In this document: positions 37,307-46,281 of the stretch, piece by piece | How the letters are laid out: the number at the start of each line of letters is the position of its first letter | Position numbering within the stretch: position 1 is the first letter of the stretch | Origin: an uncultured bacterium | Lineage (GTDB): Bacteria > Patescibacteriota > Minisyncoccia > UBA6257 > 2-01-FULL-56-20 | Assembly (NCBI GenBank): GCA_963718515.1 | Contig: OY970354.1 | Span: 366,942-430,941 of the forward strand | Length of the DNA: 64,000 bases | Direction: 5' to 3' | Program-made: the position numbers and the translations under genes | The notes under the pieces: generated by a model | What the model was told of the DNA's origin: nothing | The model's database searches: none | The model's input: the letters and a program-made list of their open reading frames with translations, nothing else

Positions 37307-37864
37307 CTAACCTTTTATCTTCCCAGGCTCCCACGGAACGCCGAGCCACGGCAAAAGCCAGCGGTCGAGCCCGAGCCAGCCGGCGTTGCGCCAGGCGAGG
37401 ATCAGGAATAGCTCTATTAATAGAAGGAGGGGATTGATGCTGACCGTTCCGGCAAAGAGATAATTGAAGTTCATGAACGCGCCGAAGAATGCGGCAATGC
37501 CGGTGAAGGCGCCGAGCACGAGTCCGATGCCGACGGCGAGCTCACCAAATGTCACTATGTATGAAAAGAACACTGCGTGAGGCAGTGTAACGGTAGTGAT
37601 GAATGTTGCATACCATGACGCAACGGCCGGGTTCGCGCCCGACGCCTTTGCCACAGCGCCGGATAAAAATCCCACGATCGCCGTTCCCGCGTGCGGCCCA
37701 ATCCACGCGCCGCTTGTCGCTTTCTCCCATCCCGCCATCACCCACTGATAGCCCACATACACGCGGAGCAAAAGCCACACCCACGCGATGCGTGTGTCGG
37801 CAAAAAGAAAGCGCGAGAGCTTCGGTTCGGGGATCAGAATCGTCTGTGAAGATGCTTCGGCCAT
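37307..37864 (-). CDS. DoxX-family membrane protein
   Basis: 185 aa with four TM helices and a DoxX-like pattern. Confidence 0.55.
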   Translation of the reverse strand: MAEASSQTILIPEPKLSRFLFADTRIAWVWLLLRVYVGYQWVMAGWEKATSGAWIGPHAGTAIVGFLSGAVAKASGANPAVASWYATFITTVTLPHAVFFSYIVTFGELAVGIGLVLGAFTGIAAFFGAFMNFNYLFAGTVSINPLLLLIELFLILAWRNAGWLGLDRWLLPWLGVPWEPGKIKG

Positions 37865-37899
37865 ATGAGGTTATTATACCTTATTGAGAACGCATTGAC

Positions 37900-37987
37900 T
37901 GGCGGTGAGGGTGAGATTCGAACTCACGATACGTTGCCGTATGGCGCTTTTCAAGAGCGCTGCCTTAAACCACTCGGCCACCTCACC
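37900..37987 (-). tRNA. tRNA-Ser (anticodon TGA)
   Basis: Hand-folded cloverleaf with 7-bp acceptor, 3-bp D stem, anticodon loop CTTGAAA, long variable arm, TTCGAAT T-loop and encoded CCA. Confidence 0.85.
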
Positions 37988-37991
37988 TTTG

Positions 37992-38062
37992 TGGACTCAC
38001 GGGGAATCGGACCCCGACCTCCTCCATGCCATGGAGGCGTAATACCATTTTACTATGAGCCC
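37992..38062 (-). tRNA. tRNA-Ala (anticodon GGC)
   Basis: Cloverleaf with G3:U70 Ala identity pair and anticodon loop ATGGCAT. T-loop reads TCCGATT, an unusual C at position 55. No encoded CCA. Confidence 0.7.
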
Positions 38063-38149
38063 TCGCAGAACAGTAATCCGCCGCGCGAGCCTGACACTCA
38101 TTCTATATATATTGCCGCGCCTGCGTCAATCCGCTATAGTGGGGTGAAA

Positions 38150-38224
38150 GCCCTCGTAGTTCAATGGATAGAACAAATCCGTCCTAAGGATAAAATGGAA
38201 GTTCGATTCTCCCCGAGGGCACCA
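38150..38224 (+). tRNA. tRNA-Arg (anticodon CCT)
   Basis: Cloverleaf with anticodon loop GTCCTAA, TTCGATT T-loop and encoded CCA. One A·C mismatch in the T stem. Confidence 0.75.
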
Positions 38225-38296
38225 GCAAAAAGAAGGATGTTGTAAAGATAGGGCCGCAGTGCTACAGTAGTCGGCAGACCTTTTTAATTGAGCTAA

Positions 38297-38938
38297 TTGA
38301 GAAGGCCAATCTCACCAAGAGGAGAATACGGTTTGACACGCTCGCTTGTTCACACCGCTACATCTGCCCCGAGTTCCTTGCCGCCACCACTTCTTTCCGC
38401 CTCCGGATATGCATATGTCCAGGGGTTTTCGTGGCTGCAAGACCACGCCAACAAGAAAAGATTTACCTTCATCAAACTCAACGGGCCGGTCACTTCCGAA
38501 TCCCCGATGGACAACGACCAATTGCGCCTCTGTCTGTGCCATCTGCTTGAGCGGCGCTATGGAGGCACCGTCGTTAAGGCGCGCACCAAGTCGATTCTTG
38601 CCGGGTGGCAGAGCCACCAGGCATTCCGTTGCGCGAACCGCGACGCCTCGTCGAAATTCCCCATTCCTTATGCGCAGATGATGCGTCAGGAAGACGAAGA
38701 CAGGGTTCTTCAAGCGATCCGTGCCGGCGGCGATCCTTGTGTGATCGGCACATCTCTCGAGTTCGTCAAACCCGAGTATCGCGCCTTCTTCAATCACCTC
38801 TTCGGCTGCGAGGCCAACTCCCACGAGTGTATCCCGTGCCAGATCCTCGTCGAAGATTGGAGGGCATTGAAGCTCGCGCGCGAGCAACATGCTCTCTACT
38901 CATATATTTCGATCGGCACGCGACTTACCCTCGACTGA
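38297..38938 (+). CDS. hypothetical protein
   Basis: TTG-initiated ORF (alternative TTG at ~38335 behind an AAGAGGAG SD). Ends at a strong terminator. Overlapped by minus ORF 38312..38890. Confidence 0.4.
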   Translation: MRRPISPRGEYGLTRSLVHTATSAPSSLPPPLLSASGYAYVQGFSWLQDHANKKRFTFIKLNGPVTSESPMDNDQLRLCLCHLLERRYGGTVVKARTKSILAGWQSHQAFRCANRDASSKFPIPYAQMMRQEDEDRVLQAIRAGGDPCVIGTSLEFVKPEYRAFFNHLFGCEANSHECIPCQILVEDWRALKLAREQHALYSYISIGTRLTLD

Positions 38939-38951
38939 GCCAAACGTTTTT

Positions 38952-38996
38952 CCCCTGCGGTGTACCTATCCACCGCAGGGGCTTTTCTTTTTTACG
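38952..38996 (+). terminator. rho-independent terminator
   Basis: 11-bp stem cccctgcggtg…caccgcagggg followed by cttttctttttt. Confidence 0.8.
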
Positions 38997-39074
38997 AGGG
39001 AAGAGTAGGGTAAAGGGAGTTGCTCTTCCTCCCCAAAGATCAAGGGCACAATTTCACCCCAAAGGAAATAAGAG

Positions 39075-39335
39075 ATGTCGAGCGTATCAGCGGTCATCAC
39101 TCACGGGATGGTTCCCTCCATCCAAGATCAACGCCCACCACTTTCAACCATCGTCCCCACAGAAGGGAACATCGACTGCACGGATTACGAAAACTTCGGC
39201 AGATTCATGGATCGTTTTCTTGCCCGCAAGTTGAGGCCGGCTCACGGGCGGGCAATGCACGTACATGTTAGTTGCTGTCCTGGCTGTCGTGCCTTCGAAA
39301 CCAAGCGTGCGAACAATGTCGCCAAACTCGACTGA
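39075..39335 (+). CDS. small Cys-containing hypothetical protein
   Basis: 86 aa with an AAAGGAAAT SD 8 nt upstream. Followed by a ggcgccgc…gcggcgcc hairpin. Confidence 0.4.
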   Translation: MSSVSAVITHGMVPSIQDQRPPLSTIVPTEGNIDCTDYENFGRFMDRFLARKLRPAHGRAMHVHVSCCPGCRAFETKRANNVAKLD

Positions 39336-39479
39336 CATCTCAATTCCCTAGCCACCCGGCGCCGCGTTTTTCCCCCTGGAATGCGGCGCCTTTAAAATTG
39401 CCTTTTTTAGTGTTTTCATCTTAACTATCAGGAGGGGAGAGTTGGCTAGTGGGTCTAACGCGCCGCACATATGCAAAGC

Positions 39480-39566
39480 GGAAAGGTGGCTGAGTGGTCG
39501 AAGGCGCCGCACTCGAAATGCGGTGTACTCGAAAGGGTACCGTGGGTTCGAATCCCACCCTTTCCG
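39480..39566 (+). tRNA. tRNA-Ser (anticodon CGA)
   Basis: Cloverleaf with anticodon loop CTCGAAA, long variable arm, TTCGAAT T-loop and no encoded CCA. Flanked by 13-nt leader/trailer complementarity. Confidence 0.85.
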
Positions 39567-39619
39567 CTTTGCATATGTAGATTTCTTCATGGCCTGCCTC
39601 TTAGGCAGGACATGCGGTT

Positions 39620-39660
39620 GGGGCGAAACCTCCTCACAGGTTCGAACCCTGTACTCTCCG
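39620..39660 (+). other. tRNA-like 3' fragment (T-arm ACAGGTTCGAACCCTGT + acceptor 3' strand), no complete cloverleaf found
   Basis: Canonical T-arm but no matching 5' acceptor, D or anticodon arm within 100 nt upstream. Possible att remnant. Confidence 0.45.
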
Positions 39661-39680
39661 CAGTCCGCCATGCGGACATT

Positions 39681-39756
39681 GCCACCTTAGCTCAGTTGGT
39701 AGAGCAGTGCTTTCGTAAAGCAAAGGTCCCCGGTTCAAATCCGGGAGGTGGCTCCA
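39681..39756 (+). tRNA. tRNA-Thr (anticodon CGT)
   Basis: 76-nt cloverleaf with anticodon loop TTCGTAA, TTCAAAT T-loop and encoded CCA. Confidence 0.85.
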
Positions 39757-39783
39757 GGAAGGGAAAATAGATATAATGATGAC

Positions 39784-40149
39784 ATGGGTAAAAGATCGCC
39801 AGAGGGACAGGGAGAATTAAAGCTCGAGGGGGAAATAATTATGGGGGCATTGTGCTTCAATGAAATTGGCAGTGACAACCAAGATCTCGTCGTCGGCGGA
39901 GAGGGAAGGTTTTACAATGAAAAGGGTGATGCGTTTGAATGGGACCAGGAGCGGCATGGATATATATTAAAAAAAGAAGCGACGCCGCCGGATCTAAAAG
40001 CCATGATCGAGCGGTTAAAAAACGATCCCCAAAATAAATACATAAAGGATAATGAAAACGCCATGCGTGCGAAAGCGGAGATCGCTCTTGGCGCCATGAA
40101 GTCTGGCACGAGTTATGAAACAACGCCGTATCCACCATTAGATAATTAA
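39784..40149 (+). CDS. hypothetical protein
   Basis: Start moved to the first ATG after tRNA-Thr. 121 aa, hydrophilic. Confidence 0.4.
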   Translation: MGKRSPEGQGELKLEGEIIMGALCFNEIGSDNQDLVVGGEGRFYNEKGDAFEWDQERHGYILKKEATPPDLKAMIERLKNDPQNKYIKDNENAMRAKAEIALGAMKSGTSYETTPYPPLDN

Positions 40150-40153
40150 AAAT

Positions 40154-41194
40154 ATGGATTACGCCGAACAGCTCAACGAACTGGACATCGAAGCTCGCCA
40201 TCTGGGCGAGCGTCTTTGACGTCTCGAAAAAGAAGGAACAGATCGCGGCGCTTGAGGCAGATATGGCATCCGCGGGTTTTTGGGACGGGGCGGCAGCGAG
40301 ATAGCAGAAAAGAAGATCCGCGAACTCGGAGAATTAAATGACGTCGTCTCAAAATATACAGACATTTGCGCGGGGATCGATGATCTAAAAATCCAGTTCG
40401 ACGAAAATAAATTCCATGAGATAAAGCGCGCGTTCCGCGAATTCGAGCTTCAACGACTCTTCACCGGCCGCTATGATCGGCAGTCCGCGGTGCTTGCGGT
40501 GTACCCGGGCGCGGGTGGCGAGGACGCGGAGGATTGGGCGCGGATGCTCGGCATAATGTATGAGGGATATGCAAAACTGCGCGGTTGGAAGATGCGCGTG
40601 GTGGATGACAATCCGCGCTCGCGTACGATCGAAATAAACGGCGATTATGCCTACGGTTATCTAAAGAACGAACAAGGCGTGCATCGCTTGGTGCGCATTT
40701 CGCCGTTCTCGCCGAAAAAATTGCGGCATACGGGATTCGCGCTCGTGGAAGTGATTCCCGACCTGCCCGCGCTCGAAGAATCAAAATTGCAGATCCCGGA
40801 GAGCGACCTGCGCTTTGAATTCTCTCGCTCCGGCGGCCCGGGCGGACAGAATGTGAACAAAGTGGAGACGGCGGTGCGCGTGGTACACATCCCGACCGGC
40901 ATCGCGATCAGTTCGCGCGCACAGCGTTCGCAACAACAGAATCGGGAGCAGGCGCTCAAGATCCTCAAAGCGCGACTTTTTCAATTGATGGAACAGGAAA
41001 AAGTCGAAGAAGTCGGCGCATTGCGCACGAAGGTTAAGCCCGAATGGGGAAATCAGATCCGCTCGTATGTTTTGAATCCTTATCAGATGGTGAAAGATCA
41101 TCGCACCGACGCCGAAACATCGCGCGTGGACGACGTGCTGGGTGGAAATATCGATATATTTATCGAGGCGATGTTGGAGAAGAAGTCAAAATAG
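40154..41194 (+). CDS. prfB: peptide chain release factor 2 (programmed +1 frameshift; additional frame disruption)
   Basis: N-terminal [21 protein letters not shown] then CTT TGA C shifty site at 40214..40220. The +1 frame gives [24 protein letters not shown]… matching RF2. Downstream body has SPF and GGQ motifs. A second frame change is needed near 40285..40304. Confidence 0.85.
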
Positions 41195-41209
41195 TGTATC
41201 ATTAACTAC

Positions 41210-41893
41210 GTGATCGTATTCCAAGGAGTTTCAAAACAGTATACGGGCCACGGAGCCGCACTCGAAGATGTTAACTTTCAGATCGACCCTGGGGAATTCG
41301 TTTCCCTCGCAGGGCGCTCCGGCGCAGGAAAATCCACCATCATAAAATTATTGATCGGAGAAGAAAAACCCTCAAAGGGGCGTGTTTTTTTTGGGCAATA
41401 TGAGGTGAATAAATTACAGGACAACGAATTGCCGGCGTTTCGTAGGCATATAGGAGTCGTCTTTCAGGATTTCCGTCTGCTTCCCACAAAAACTGCATAT
41501 GAAAACGTGGCGTTTGCCCTGGAAGTTGCTGGCCGGCCACAAAGAGAGATCGCCGAGCTCGTGCCGCAGGTGCTCGACATGGTGGGGCTTGGGGATAAAA
41601 CAAAGAACTTCCCCGGCGAGCTTTCCGGCGGCGAGCGCCAGCGCGTTGCGATCGCACGCGCGATGATCCATCGCCCGGAAGTGGTGATCGCCGACGAGCC
41701 GACGGGGAACCTCGACCCGTTTCACACGTTCGAGATCGTCAAATTACTTGAAAAGATCAATCAGTTAGGCACCACGGTCGTGCTCGCCACCCACGACAAA
41801 GAAGTTATTAACAATTTGGAACGAAGGGTGATAACATTGGACAAAGGCCGCCTCATTCGCGACGAAAAGAAAGGAAAATATATATTGGTCTAA
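41210..41893 (+). CDS. ftsE: cell-division ABC transporter ATP-binding protein FtsE
   Basis: GTG start. Walker A GRSGAGKST, ABC signature LSGGERQR, Walker B. Confidence 0.85.
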   Translation: MIVFQGVSKQYTGHGAALEDVNFQIDPGEFVSLAGRSGAGKSTIIKLLIGEEKPSKGRVFFGQYEVNKLQDNELPAFRRHIGVVFQDFRLLPTKTAYENVAFALEVAGRPQREIAELVPQVLDMVGLGDKTKNFPGELSGGERQRVAIARAMIHRPEVVIADEPTGNLDPFHTFEIVKLLEKINQLGTTVVLATHDKEVINNLERRVITLDKGRLIRDEKKGKYILV

Positions 41894-41896
41894 CCT

Positions 41897-42805
41897 ATGT
41901 TTACCATCATCTCACGTATTTTTCATTTTGGATTTAAGAACTTTTGGCGGAACGGTTGGCTTTCGACCGCGACGGTCGCGATCATGACGCTCGCATCGAT
42001 CGGATTCCTCGGCCTCATCATCTTTGGCGTCATCACAAACGCGGCGGCGACATCCATCCAGGACAAGATAGACATCAGTGTCTATTTCAACAGCAATACT
42101 TCGGAGGATGAGATATTGAACATCCAGCAATCGCTCGAAGGATTATCGCAGGTGGCAAGTGTGGATTATGTCTCCCAGGACCAGGCACTCGCCACATTCC
42201 AGGAGAACCATGCGAGCGATCCGACGGTCAGTCAGGCCATCAACGAGCTTGACACTAACCCGCTCGAGGCGTCGCTGAACATCAAGGCGAAGGATCCGAG
42301 TCAGTACGGTGCCATAAACGATTATCTGAGCTCGCCGGATCTCGCTCCGTACATCGATACCATCAGTTACGCGCAGAACCAGGATGTCATCAACCGCCTG
42401 GCGACGATCGTGCGCGATGTCGAGATCGGCGGATGGATCGTGACGATCTTCCTCGCGCTCGTCGCGGGACTTGTCATGTTCAACACGATCCGCCTCGCCA
42501 TCTATTCCAACCGCGAGGAGATCGGCGTGATGCGCGTGGTGGGTGCGTCGAACAGCCTCGTGCGCGGGCCGTTCGTCGTGGAAGGGATGTTATGGGGGAC
42601 GATCGCCGCGGTGATAAGTCTCATTCTCGTCGCCCCCACATTGTATTTTATTTCGCCCTATCTGAACGAGTTCATCCCCGGCCTGGACATCTTCCAGTAT
42701 TTTTACACGCATATCGTCCAGCTTTTCTTGTATGACCTGTTATTCGGTGTGGTCATCGGCGCGCTGTCCAGCTTCTGGGCGGTTCGGCGTTATTTAAGAA
42801 ACTAG
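41897..42805 (+). CDS. ftsX: cell-division permease FtsX
   Basis: 302 aa. Four TM helices with a large extracellular loop, the FtsX topology, directly after ftsE. Confidence 0.8.
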   Translation: MFTIISRIFHFGFKNFWRNGWLSTATVAIMTLASIGFLGLIIFGVITNAAATSIQDKIDISVYFNSNTSEDEILNIQQSLEGLSQVASVDYVSQDQALATFQENHASDPTVSQAINELDTNPLEASLNIKAKDPSQYGAINDYLSSPDLAPYIDTISYAQNQDVINRLATIVRDVEIGGWIVTIFLALVAGLVMFNTIRLAIYSNREEIGVMRVVGASNSLVRGPFVVEGMLWGTIAAVISLILVAPTLYFISPYLNEFIPGLDIFQYFYTHIVQLFLYDLLFGVVIGALSSFWAVRRYLRN

Positions 42806-42842
42806 ATTTGAGAACATAGGCCCATCTTAGGATGGGTTTTCG

Positions 42843-43814
42843 ATGACACACGAAAACGCTCCCCACAAAACGCCATCCGACGTGCCACGTCCACCCTTAG
42901 GGGATGCCGTGCACGTGGTGCGCAAAAAAAAGGCAAAACAGCGGTTGATCATGATCGCCCTCGGGGTGATCATCCTTGCAGGCGCCTACTGGTATTTCCA
43001 GAATTTTTTCTCGTTGCGATTGGAGGACATTGCTTCCTTCGCAAATTCCCTCGAAGGATCGGCGGTTGGCCAGATACCGTCATCATCGCAAAATTTTTCC
43101 GCACCCGGGCCGTTCGTTTTGGTGGGTAAAGCGACACCCAAAAAAGCGAACATTCTTACTGTCGCCGGCGTGATCGCGGACACAAACGCCGCGCGCGCGC
43201 AAAACGGCAACCTCCCGCCGCTCACGGAGAACGCAACGCTCGATGACATCGCCACGCTTCGCATCGATGACATGTTTGCCCAGCAATATTTTGCGCACGT
43301 CGGTCCGCAGGGCGAGAGCGCGGTGACCGTCGCGAGCAGTGTCGGATATTCATATCTTGCGCTCGGCGAGAACCTCGCGCTCGGCGTGTATGCCGGTGAC
43401 GCCGGTGTGGTGAACGCATGGATGGGATCTTCCGGCCATCGCGCGAACATCCTCGACATCCATTACACGCAGATCGGCGTCGCCGTCCGTGAGGGAGTTC
43501 TCCAAGGGCAAAGCACGTGGATCGCGGTGCAGGTGTTTGGCCGGCCTTCGTCCGATTGTCCCGCGCCCGATGCAAATTTACAGACGAGCATCCAGCTTTC
43601 GGAGAACCAGATAGCCACGATGGCGAGCGAGCTCGCATCCGATAGGGCGGCGATCGATGCCATGGATCCACAGTCCGGCCCTGACTATAATGAACAGGTG
43701 GAGGACTACAATAACCTTGCGGCGCAATATAACAATCTTGCCGCGGAGACCAAAAATGCCATCGTAGACTACGATTCCCAGGTGGATGCGTTCAATACGT
43801 GCCTAGCGGAGTAG
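42843..43814 (+). CDS. CAP/SCP/PR-1-domain extracellular protein with N-terminal TM anchor
   Basis: …GHRANILDIHYTQIGVAV… CAP signature, followed by a coiled-coil-like tail. Confidence 0.65.
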   Translation: MTHENAPHKTPSDVPRPPLGDAVHVVRKKKAKQRLIMIALGVIILAGAYWYFQNFFSLRLEDIASFANSLEGSAVGQIPSSSQNFSAPGPFVLVGKATPKKANILTVAGVIADTNAARAQNGNLPPLTENATLDDIATLRIDDMFAQQYFAHVGPQGESAVTVASSVGYSYLALGENLALGVYAGDAGVVNAWMGSSGHRANILDIHYTQIGVAVREGVLQGQSTWIAVQVFGRPSSDCPAPDANLQTSIQLSENQIATMASELASDRAAIDAMDPQSGPDYNEQVEDYNNLAAQYNNLAAETKNAIVDYDSQVDAFNTCLAE

Positions 43815-43908
43815 GAAGGATTTTTTTTACTTGCTATACTTAGAAAGCGGGATGCTCTGTCGCGGGAGCTTGTTTTGGCGTAGATAATTTTTATCGATAT
43901 AGAAAATA

Positions 43909-45642
43909 ATGAAACGGTTTCTCAAAGTTCTAAAATTCATCGCCATAGGTTTCTTTTGCCTCCTTTTTATCCTCGTCCTTTTTCCGCTCAAAAATGGCAG
44001 TTCTTTAAAAAAGGCGAACGCCGATTCTCTTGATGCATATCCGAGCGTCTGTCTTGGGGGATGGCAAAATCCCGGCAATGCCGCCGGTACCCCGGATGTC
44101 CCTCCGGGCGGCGATTCGTTTACCGGCGACAACTCTGCCGTTCTCAGCCAGGCACAGGCGCAGATATTCTGCGGATCGTTCCAGGGGAGCGACGAATCGC
44201 AACCTCCATCCTCCGTCACACTTTATTTCTCATGGAATGTCATATTCCCCGACGAGACTTCGCAGGCCACGAGCACCGATCCGGATGATGCTTTGTGGAG
44301 CGAGGTGCTCGATACGACGAGTACCGCGTCGTCCACCCCCTCGTCGACGGTGAGCAACACGACAACCACGCCGGGTGTTGCATCGTCAACGCCTTCTTCG
44401 ACGCCGCCGGTTACGCCGCCGCCATCAACGCCAAAATCACCATCACCAACCAGCACTCCCGCGACCGTCACTTCCACAAGCTCGGCCGTTGTAGCCCCAA
44501 CCTCCACCCCGGCTTCCGCATCCACAACGCCACCCTCTGTTCCTGCCAGCACCACCGTCGGCACCCCGCCGCCGACAACCCCGCCTCCCGCGGCGCCCTC
44601 CTCCTCCTCGCCGGCTTCCAATGCGAGCGGCACTTCGTTCCTGCAGGATCTTATGGGCAACCCGCTCGGATTCCTTATAGAAAAAACATTTGCCGATTCA
44701 AGCGGTACTATCGCGAGCGGCACGCTTACCACCACCACTGCCAGTACGACCACGGTGAGCGATGCGCCAGGATCGTTCATTGATGTGAGTTATTCCCTTA
44801 ATGGAACCACGTGGCAGGATCTCGGGCAGGTGACCGAATCCGACTGGCAGGGCTTCTCCGTCACCATCCCGGTGAATTCATGGAGCGAGATTAATCAATT
44901 ACAAATACAGCTTAACCCGTTGATCACCACTGAGCCGCCCACCATCTACCTGGATGGGATGTGGTTGCAGGTGAATTATGGCCAGACACCGCTCGGACTT
45001 TTGGAAAGTGGCGCCACCGATGCGCTCAACGCGGTGGGGGACCTTAGCGATACCGTGGACAATGCACTGAACGATGCAACCGATGCCATCACAAATCTCT
45101 TGCCTACCAGCCCCACAAATCCCGCGCCGCAAACTTCGCCCGACACGAACACGCAGGCGGCCTCCGCCGCGCCACAGCCAAGCGTGCCACCTCCGCCCCA
45201 ATATACGTTACATATGAGCAGTACTTTTACGGTGAATACAAAAAATCTTTCATGGGTTCCCGAGGCGGCTACCTCGACCGCCACAATGACTCCTCCTACC
45301 TCACAGATCGGGGTTGTCCCTGTGGTGAGCGTGACGCCATCAGGCACCATCCAGGTCTCGGGGCCGTGCTTTGGAAATTATTATACGATTCTCATCTTCC
45401 GGAATCCGGGTGATTACAGCATGGATCCTGCTCTCGCACTCTTCAACGAGGCGAGCCCGTGCGTGAATAATAGTTTCAGCCAGACGATCGGGAATTATGA
45501 TCTCCCGCCACAGCTCGCGTCCGGCACGTATTATCTCATGATCGCAAACCAGGGAAAGCGCGGTCCGTGGCAACCTGATCCCACGGTGTATCCCATCGTC
45601 CTCGGCGTCGCACCCGCAACATCATCGCCATCATCAGAATGA
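43909..45642 (+). CDS. secreted S/T/P-rich protein with conserved C-terminal Cys-containing domain
   Basis: 577 aa. Signal/TM, long low-complexity T/S/P linker. C-terminal domain is paralogous to 49276..49791 (C..Y.T.L.F…YNEASPC…YYL.IA.QG..G.W). Confidence 0.6.
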   Translation: MKRFLKVLKFIAIGFFCLLFILVLFPLKNGSSLKKANADSLDAYPSVCLGGWQNPGNAAGTPDVPPGGDSFTGDNSAVLSQAQAQIFCGSFQGSDESQPPSSVTLYFSWNVIFPDETSQATSTDPDDALWSEVLDTTSTASSTPSSTVSNTTTTPGVASSTPSSTPPVTPPPSTPKSPSPTSTPATVTSTSSAVVAPTSTPASASTTPPSVPASTTVGTPPPTTPPPAAPSSSSPASNASGTSFLQDLMGNPLGFLIEKTFADSSGTIASGTLTTTTASTTTVSDAPGSFIDVSYSLNGTTWQDLGQVTESDWQGFSVTIPVNSWSEINQLQIQLNPLITTEPPTIYLDGMWLQVNYGQTPLGLLESGATDALNAVGDLSDTVDNALNDATDAITNLLPTSPTNPAPQTSPDTNTQAASAAPQPSVPPPPQYTLHMSSTFTVNTKNLSWVPEAATSTATMTPPTSQIGVVPVVSVTPSGTIQVSGPCFGNYYTILIFRNPGDYSMDPALALFNEASPCVNNSFSQTIGNYDLPPQLASGTYYLMIANQGKRGPWQPDPTVYPIVLGVAPATSSPSSE

Positions 45643-46271
45643 TAAAATCCCATTCCCTGCATAAAAGTAATATCGTCCTCGTCTTTAAGGAACATACCGT
45701 TCCGCCGCCTGAAAATCATGAGATCGTGGGCCTCTATGCCGGTGAGGCGGCCAAGGGAGCGCAGTTGGTGGATGATCCAATGATGCGCATGAAGATATTG
45801 GACGTTCCCGCGCGCGGTCTGCAGATCGCCTGGGAGGCGCGGCGTTTGCGCATCGAGGATATGCGCGCCGCCGAGCCGGAAGATTCACTTCTCGTCGATG
45901 AAATGGTGATGGCGTACGAGACGCTCGTCGCGCCGCGAAAGATATTTTTAGATTCATTCGGATTTAATTTTGAGGTGTACTTCCAGACGGTGGACGTGAT
46001 CCGCATCAACGATCATTTTAATGAGATATCGGGGACATTTCTTGATCTGGGCGCCGGGCTTATGGACTTTGGATGGCAATGGACGCTTGCCGAAAAGGAT
46101 GGCAAGACACTCCGTGGATATTTTCTCAAGGTGACGGCGCCGCTTGAGTTCACCATGCATCACAACGCGCATTTTTCCGCGAGGGAATTGCCGCCAAAGA
46201 AAGATATCCAAGCCATGTTCCGTGAGTCATATGCGCTTATGAACGCCACCGCCGCGCGGCTCAAATTATGA
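45639..46271 (+). CDS. hypothetical cytoplasmic protein
   Basis: 210 aa. ATGA overlap with the upstream gene. Confidence 0.45.
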   Translation: MIKSHSLHKSNIVLVFKEHTVPPPENHEIVGLYAGEAAKGAQLVDDPMMRMKILDVPARGLQIAWEARRLRIEDMRAAEPEDSLLVDEMVMAYETLVAPRKIFLDSFGFNFEVYFQTVDVIRINDHFNEISGTFLDLGAGLMDFGWQWTLAEKDGKTLRGYFLKVTAPLEFTMHHNAHFSARELPPKKDIQAMFRESYALMNATAARLKL

Positions 46272-46281
46272 TCACTGCATT

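Noticed and set aside
37865-38245. 126-aa plus-strand ORF
   Set aside because: Runs across two minus-strand tRNAs and the plus-strand tRNA-Arg, so it is not a protein gene.
40214-40255. Possibility that in-frame TGA codons in prfB indicate UGA reassignment (genetic code 25/4)
   Set aside because: Many well-supported genes in the window terminate with TGA (e.g. 4624..4854, 56707..57915). The first TGA sits in the canonical CTT TGA C RF2 frameshift context.
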